This document shows positions 16,796 through 19,621 of a stretch of DNA of 19,621 nt, piece by piece. The notes under the pieces were generated by a model that was not told the origin of the DNA, searched no databases, and worked only from the letters and a program-made list of their open reading frames with translations. The DNA is from Gemmatimonadales bacterium (lineage in GTDB: Bacteria; Gemmatimonadota; Gemmatimonadetes; Gemmatimonadales; GWC2-71-9). The position numbers and the translations under genes were made by a program. The DNA is taken from assembly GCA_041613315.1 (NCBI GenBank), contig JBFJHJ010000046.1, positions 1-19,621 on the forward strand, read 5' to 3'. Position 1 is the stretch's first letter, and every line of letters starts with the position of its first letter.

Positions 16796-18286
16796 ATGCA
16801 AGACATCATTGCCCAGTTGCAAGCCCAGGTTGGGCAATACGTTCCCAACCTGCTCGGGGCCATCGGCATCCTCGTGGTCGGCTGGCTGTTGTCCCTCGCC
16901 ATTGCCGGCCTCGTCCGCCGAGCGGTCAACCGGGCCACCTCGCGCCGCAAGCTCCCCAAGGACGCCGAAGGCGCGGTGAAGGCGATCCCGCTCGGAACGT
17001 GGATCGGCCGGGCCGTCTTCTACACGCTCATGATCTTCGTCCTCGCGGGCGCATTCCAGATGCTCCAGCTGCGGGCGCTCGCCGGACCGCTGGACACTAT
17101 GCTCCAGCAGATCACGGCGTTCCTACCCAAACTCGTGGGCGCCGGGGTGCTGCTCCTCCTGGCGTGGGGAATCGGCACGATCCTCAGGCTCATCGTCACC
17201 AAGGGCCTGGCGCGAACGTCGCTCGACGAAAGGATCGCCGAGGATGCCGGGCTCGACACTCAGAAGCCCCTGAGCAAGACCCTGGGAGACATCGTCTTCT
17301 GGCTCCCGCTCCTGCTGTTCCTGCCGGCCGTCTTGGGCGTGCTCGAGCTGCAGGGCCTCGTCGCCCCGATCCAAACGATGTTCGACGGCCTCCTAGGCGC
17401 GCTGCCCAACCTCCTGGGGGCCGGGCTGATCCTGCTGATCGGGTGGTTCGTCGCCAAGATCGTTCGCCAAATCGTCAGCGCGTTGCTCGCGGCCGCCGGG
17501 GCTGACCGGCTCGGGGCCAACGTCGGCATGGGTCCCGACGCCGGCCCGCGCCGTTTGTCTGCCGTCGTCGGGCTCCTGATCTATGCACTGATCCTCATTC
17601 CGGCGACCATCGCCGCGCTCGACGCGCTCCGCATCGAAGCGATCAGCCGCCCGGCGATGACGATGCTCAATCAGCTCATGGCCGCCGTGCCGGCCCTGTT
17701 CGGCGCCGCGATCGTGCTGGGGGTGGCCTTCCTCGTGGGTAAGGTCATCTCGAGCCTCGTGACCAACATTCTGGCCGGAGTGGGCTTCGATCAGCTCATC
17801 GGGAAACTCGGCCTGCGCGTGGAAGCTGGGGAGGGAGGAAACACGCCGTCACAGATCGCCGGCTACCTGACGGTGGTCGCCATCATGCTGCTGGCGGCGA
17901 TCGAAGCGGCCGGCCTCCTGGGCTTCGGCGCGCTGTCGGAATTGGCCACGAACTTCTTTGCCTTCGGCGCCCGGCTGCTGCTGGCCCTCGTGATTTTCGG
18001 TGTCGGTCTCTACCTGGCGAACCTCGCGCACCGCGCTATCCCGCGCGGCGAAGGGCGTTGGGGTGGGCTCACGGCCTCGGCGGCGCGCATCGCCATCCTC
18101 GTGCTCGCCACGGCGATGGCGCTCCAGCAGACCGGCGTGGCGCAGGAGATCGTGACACTCGCCTTCGGCGTGGTCCTCGGCGCGATCGCCCTCGCGGGCG
18201 CCATCGCCTTCGGGATCGGCGCCAGGGACGTGGCCGGACGAGCCGTCGAGGGGTGGTTCGAGTCGAAACCGTCGGCGAAGCACTGA
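16796..18286 (+). CDS. CmpX-like / conserved-TM-helix repeat membrane protein, copy 2 (paralog of 14043..15536)
   Basis: AGGAGG RBS; colinear with copy 1 (496 vs 497 aa), sharing e.g. PLSKTLGDIVFW.PLLLFLPAVLGVL.LQGL and TPS.IAGYL..VAIMLLAAIEAA. Confidence 0.88.
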   Translation: MQDIIAQLQAQVGQYVPNLLGAIGILVVGWLLSLAIAGLVRRAVNRATSRRKLPKDAEGAVKAIPLGTWIGRAVFYTLMIFVLAGAFQMLQLRALAGPLDTMLQQITAFLPKLVGAGVLLLLAWGIGTILRLIVTKGLARTSLDERIAEDAGLDTQKPLSKTLGDIVFWLPLLLFLPAVLGVLELQGLVAPIQTMFDGLLGALPNLLGAGLILLIGWFVAKIVRQIVSALLAAAGADRLGANVGMGPDAGPRRLSAVVGLLIYALILIPATIAALDALRIEAISRPAMTMLNQLMAAVPALFGAAIVLGVAFLVGKVISSLVTNILAGVGFDQLIGKLGLRVEAGEGGNTPSQIAGYLTVVAIMLLAAIEAAGLLGFGALSELATNFFAFGARLLLALVIFGVGLYLANLAHRAIPRGEGRWGGLTASAARIAILVLATAMALQQTGVAQEIVTLAFGVVLGAIALAGAIAFGIGARDVAGRAVEGWFESKPSAKH

Positions 18287-18294
18287 GGTCGAGC

Positions 18295-18325
18295 CCTGCC
18301 CGGGGCGCGCGACGCCCCGGGCAGG
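18295..18325 (+). terminator. Stem-loop after repeat protein copy 2
   Basis: CCTGCCCGGGGCG-CGCGA-CGCCCCGGGCAGG, perfect 13-bp stem; no U-tract. Confidence 0.55.
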
Positions 18326-18424
18326 TCGTGGCCATCGCCGAACCCATCAGCCGACACAATGCCGCGCCCGGTCATAACAGGCAGGAGCGGTTCACACAGT
18401 GCGCTAGAGAGGACCTTTACGCCT

Positions 18425-19528
18425 ATGGTTGTCCGCAGGTTCACGGCCGGCATCGCCGGCCGCAGCATGGTGTTGTTGGCGCTGCTCCTGGGCGGAGCAC
18501 GCCCCGCCGCGGCTCAGGAGGACGAGCCCCTGTGGCGGCAACTCGAGCAGACGTTCAAGAAGGACTACCTCAGCATCGGAGTGCTGCTCCAGACGGTGGC
18601 TGACTTCCAGGTAGAGCGAAGCGCCATCGGGAGTAACGGGTTCAACATCTCCAACTTCCGCCTGTCGCTGTCGGGCAATCTCGACCACGGATTCAGCTAC
18701 TTCCTCCAGACGAACTTTGCGGCGACGCCGACGATCCTGGATGCCCGCCTCACCTACCGGGCGTCGCCGAACGTGGCGCTGGATGTGGGCCAGTTCAAGG
18801 CGCCGTTCAGCTACGAGTTCCTCACGTCGGCCGCCAGCATCGACTTCGTCAACCGCTCCCAGACGGTGACGGTGCTCGCGCCGGGTCGGCAGCTCGGCCT
18901 CCAGGCCCGCGTCGGGCGGGCGGGCGGACCCGCGGCCGTGAGCGCCGGCGTGTTCAATGGCAATGGCTTCGCGCCGAACGCCAACGACGGCAACCATCTC
19001 ATGTACGTCGCACGCGTGACCCTGACTCCGCGGCTCGGTGCGGAGGGCGCGCCGGGCGCAGCCGGCGGCTTGCGGGCTCGCCAACTCCCGGGAAGTCCTC
19101 GCGGGCTCACCGTGGGCCTCCACGCCGCCCTCAGCGAGGATGAGGGCACGGCATTGGGCGGCGGGCTGGCCGCCGCATTCACCGGACGGCGGACGCTCTT
19201 CGGCGCCGACGTACGCTACACCGAGAATCGGCTGCTGCTGGCAGGCGAAGTGGTGGCCAGCGAGCTGGACCCCGACATCGGGGTGGAGCTGAACCCGTGG
19301 GGCTTCCACGCCACCGCCGGCTACATGTTCGCCCCCAAGGTGCAGGGGCTCCTTCGGTGGGAGCGGTTCGAGCCCGATAATGGCACGCCGCGCCGGGAGT
19401 TCCTGATTCTGGGACTCAACGTCTGGCCCACGACCGTCACCGAGTTTCAGGTCAACTACCTGGTGGACACCGACAACACTGCGGCGGACAACCACCAGCT
19501 CTTGATCAACTTCCAGATCGGCTTCTGA
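18425..19528 (+). CDS. Outer-membrane porin, phosphate-selective porin O/P-like
   Basis: Signal peptide ending AAA|QED; RL.LSG, ILDARL.Y, GQFKAPFSYE, R..G, AGVFNGNG motifs; amphipathic beta strands; C-terminal FQIGF (BAM signal). Start 18425 or 18467. Confidence 0.85.
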   Translation: MVVRRFTAGIAGRSMVLLALLLGGARPAAAQEDEPLWRQLEQTFKKDYLSIGVLLQTVADFQVERSAIGSNGFNISNFRLSLSGNLDHGFSYFLQTNFAATPTILDARLTYRASPNVALDVGQFKAPFSYEFLTSAASIDFVNRSQTVTVLAPGRQLGLQARVGRAGGPAAVSAGVFNGNGFAPNANDGNHLMYVARVTLTPRLGAEGAPGAAGGLRARQLPGSPRGLTVGLHAALSEDEGTALGGGLAAAFTGRRTLFGADVRYTENRLLLAGEVVASELDPDIGVELNPWGFHATAGYMFAPKVQGLLRWERFEPDNGTPRREFLILGLNVWPTTVTEFQVNYLVDTDNTAADNHQLLINFQIGF

Positions 19529-19550
19529 GCACGGTGAGCGCCTTTGCCGG

Positions 19551-19589
19551 AGGGGGCCATGGCGCGGGGCGCCATGGCCCCCTATTCTT
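19551..19589 (+). terminator. Intrinsic terminator-like hairpin after the porin
   Basis: AGGGGGCCATGGCGC-GGG-GCGCCATGGCCCCCT, perfect 15-bp stem followed by ATTCTT. Confidence 0.7.
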
Positions 19590-19621
19590 GCGCTGATGGC
19601 CGTCGTCATCCTCAGCGTCGG

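Noticed and set aside
18350..18400. Pho-box-like half sites (GTCATAA, TTCACAC) upstream of the porin
   Set aside because: Spaced 20 bp rather than 11 or 22 bp; too weak to call.
19596..19621. Possible gene start MAVVILSV at the right edge
   Set aside because: Too short to verify and no clear RBS.
1..19621. CRISPR arrays, IS elements, REP family, tRNA/rRNA, defence genes
   Set aside because: No regularly spaced repeats, transposase or nuclease motifs, or cloverleafs seen; the intergenic hairpins share no common sequence.

Overview
High-GC bacterial chromosomal segment; gene style resembles Gemmatimonadota, which is an inference only. It holds about 19-20 mostly housekeeping or envelope genes, and I found no tRNA, rRNA, CRISPR, transposase or phage gene. 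In order: 5' end of an NtrC-type response regulator with a sigma54 (-24/-12) promoter and IHF-like site; degenerate DUF72; SnoaL/NTF2-like protein; nucleoside hydrolase; 3-hydroxyacyl-CoA dehydrogenase-like protein; a DtxR/MntR regulator, Tat-exported two-domain multicopper oxidase and ZIP permease operon; Nudix hydrolase; a small membrane-peptide ORF; alpha/beta hydrolase; RsbRD_N-like helical protein; FabL/FabI-like SDR; DAACS symporter with rewritten cation-binding motifs; DUF2784; S9 peptidase; two paralogous five-repeat CmpX-like membrane proteins flanking a canonical MscS; and an O/P-type porin. The most interesting items are the metal-uptake operon with its promoter/operator, the repeat-protein/MscS/porin cluster, and the DAACS lacking the NMDGT and Na1 Asp residues. 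All family calls come from motif recognition by eye, not from database searches.
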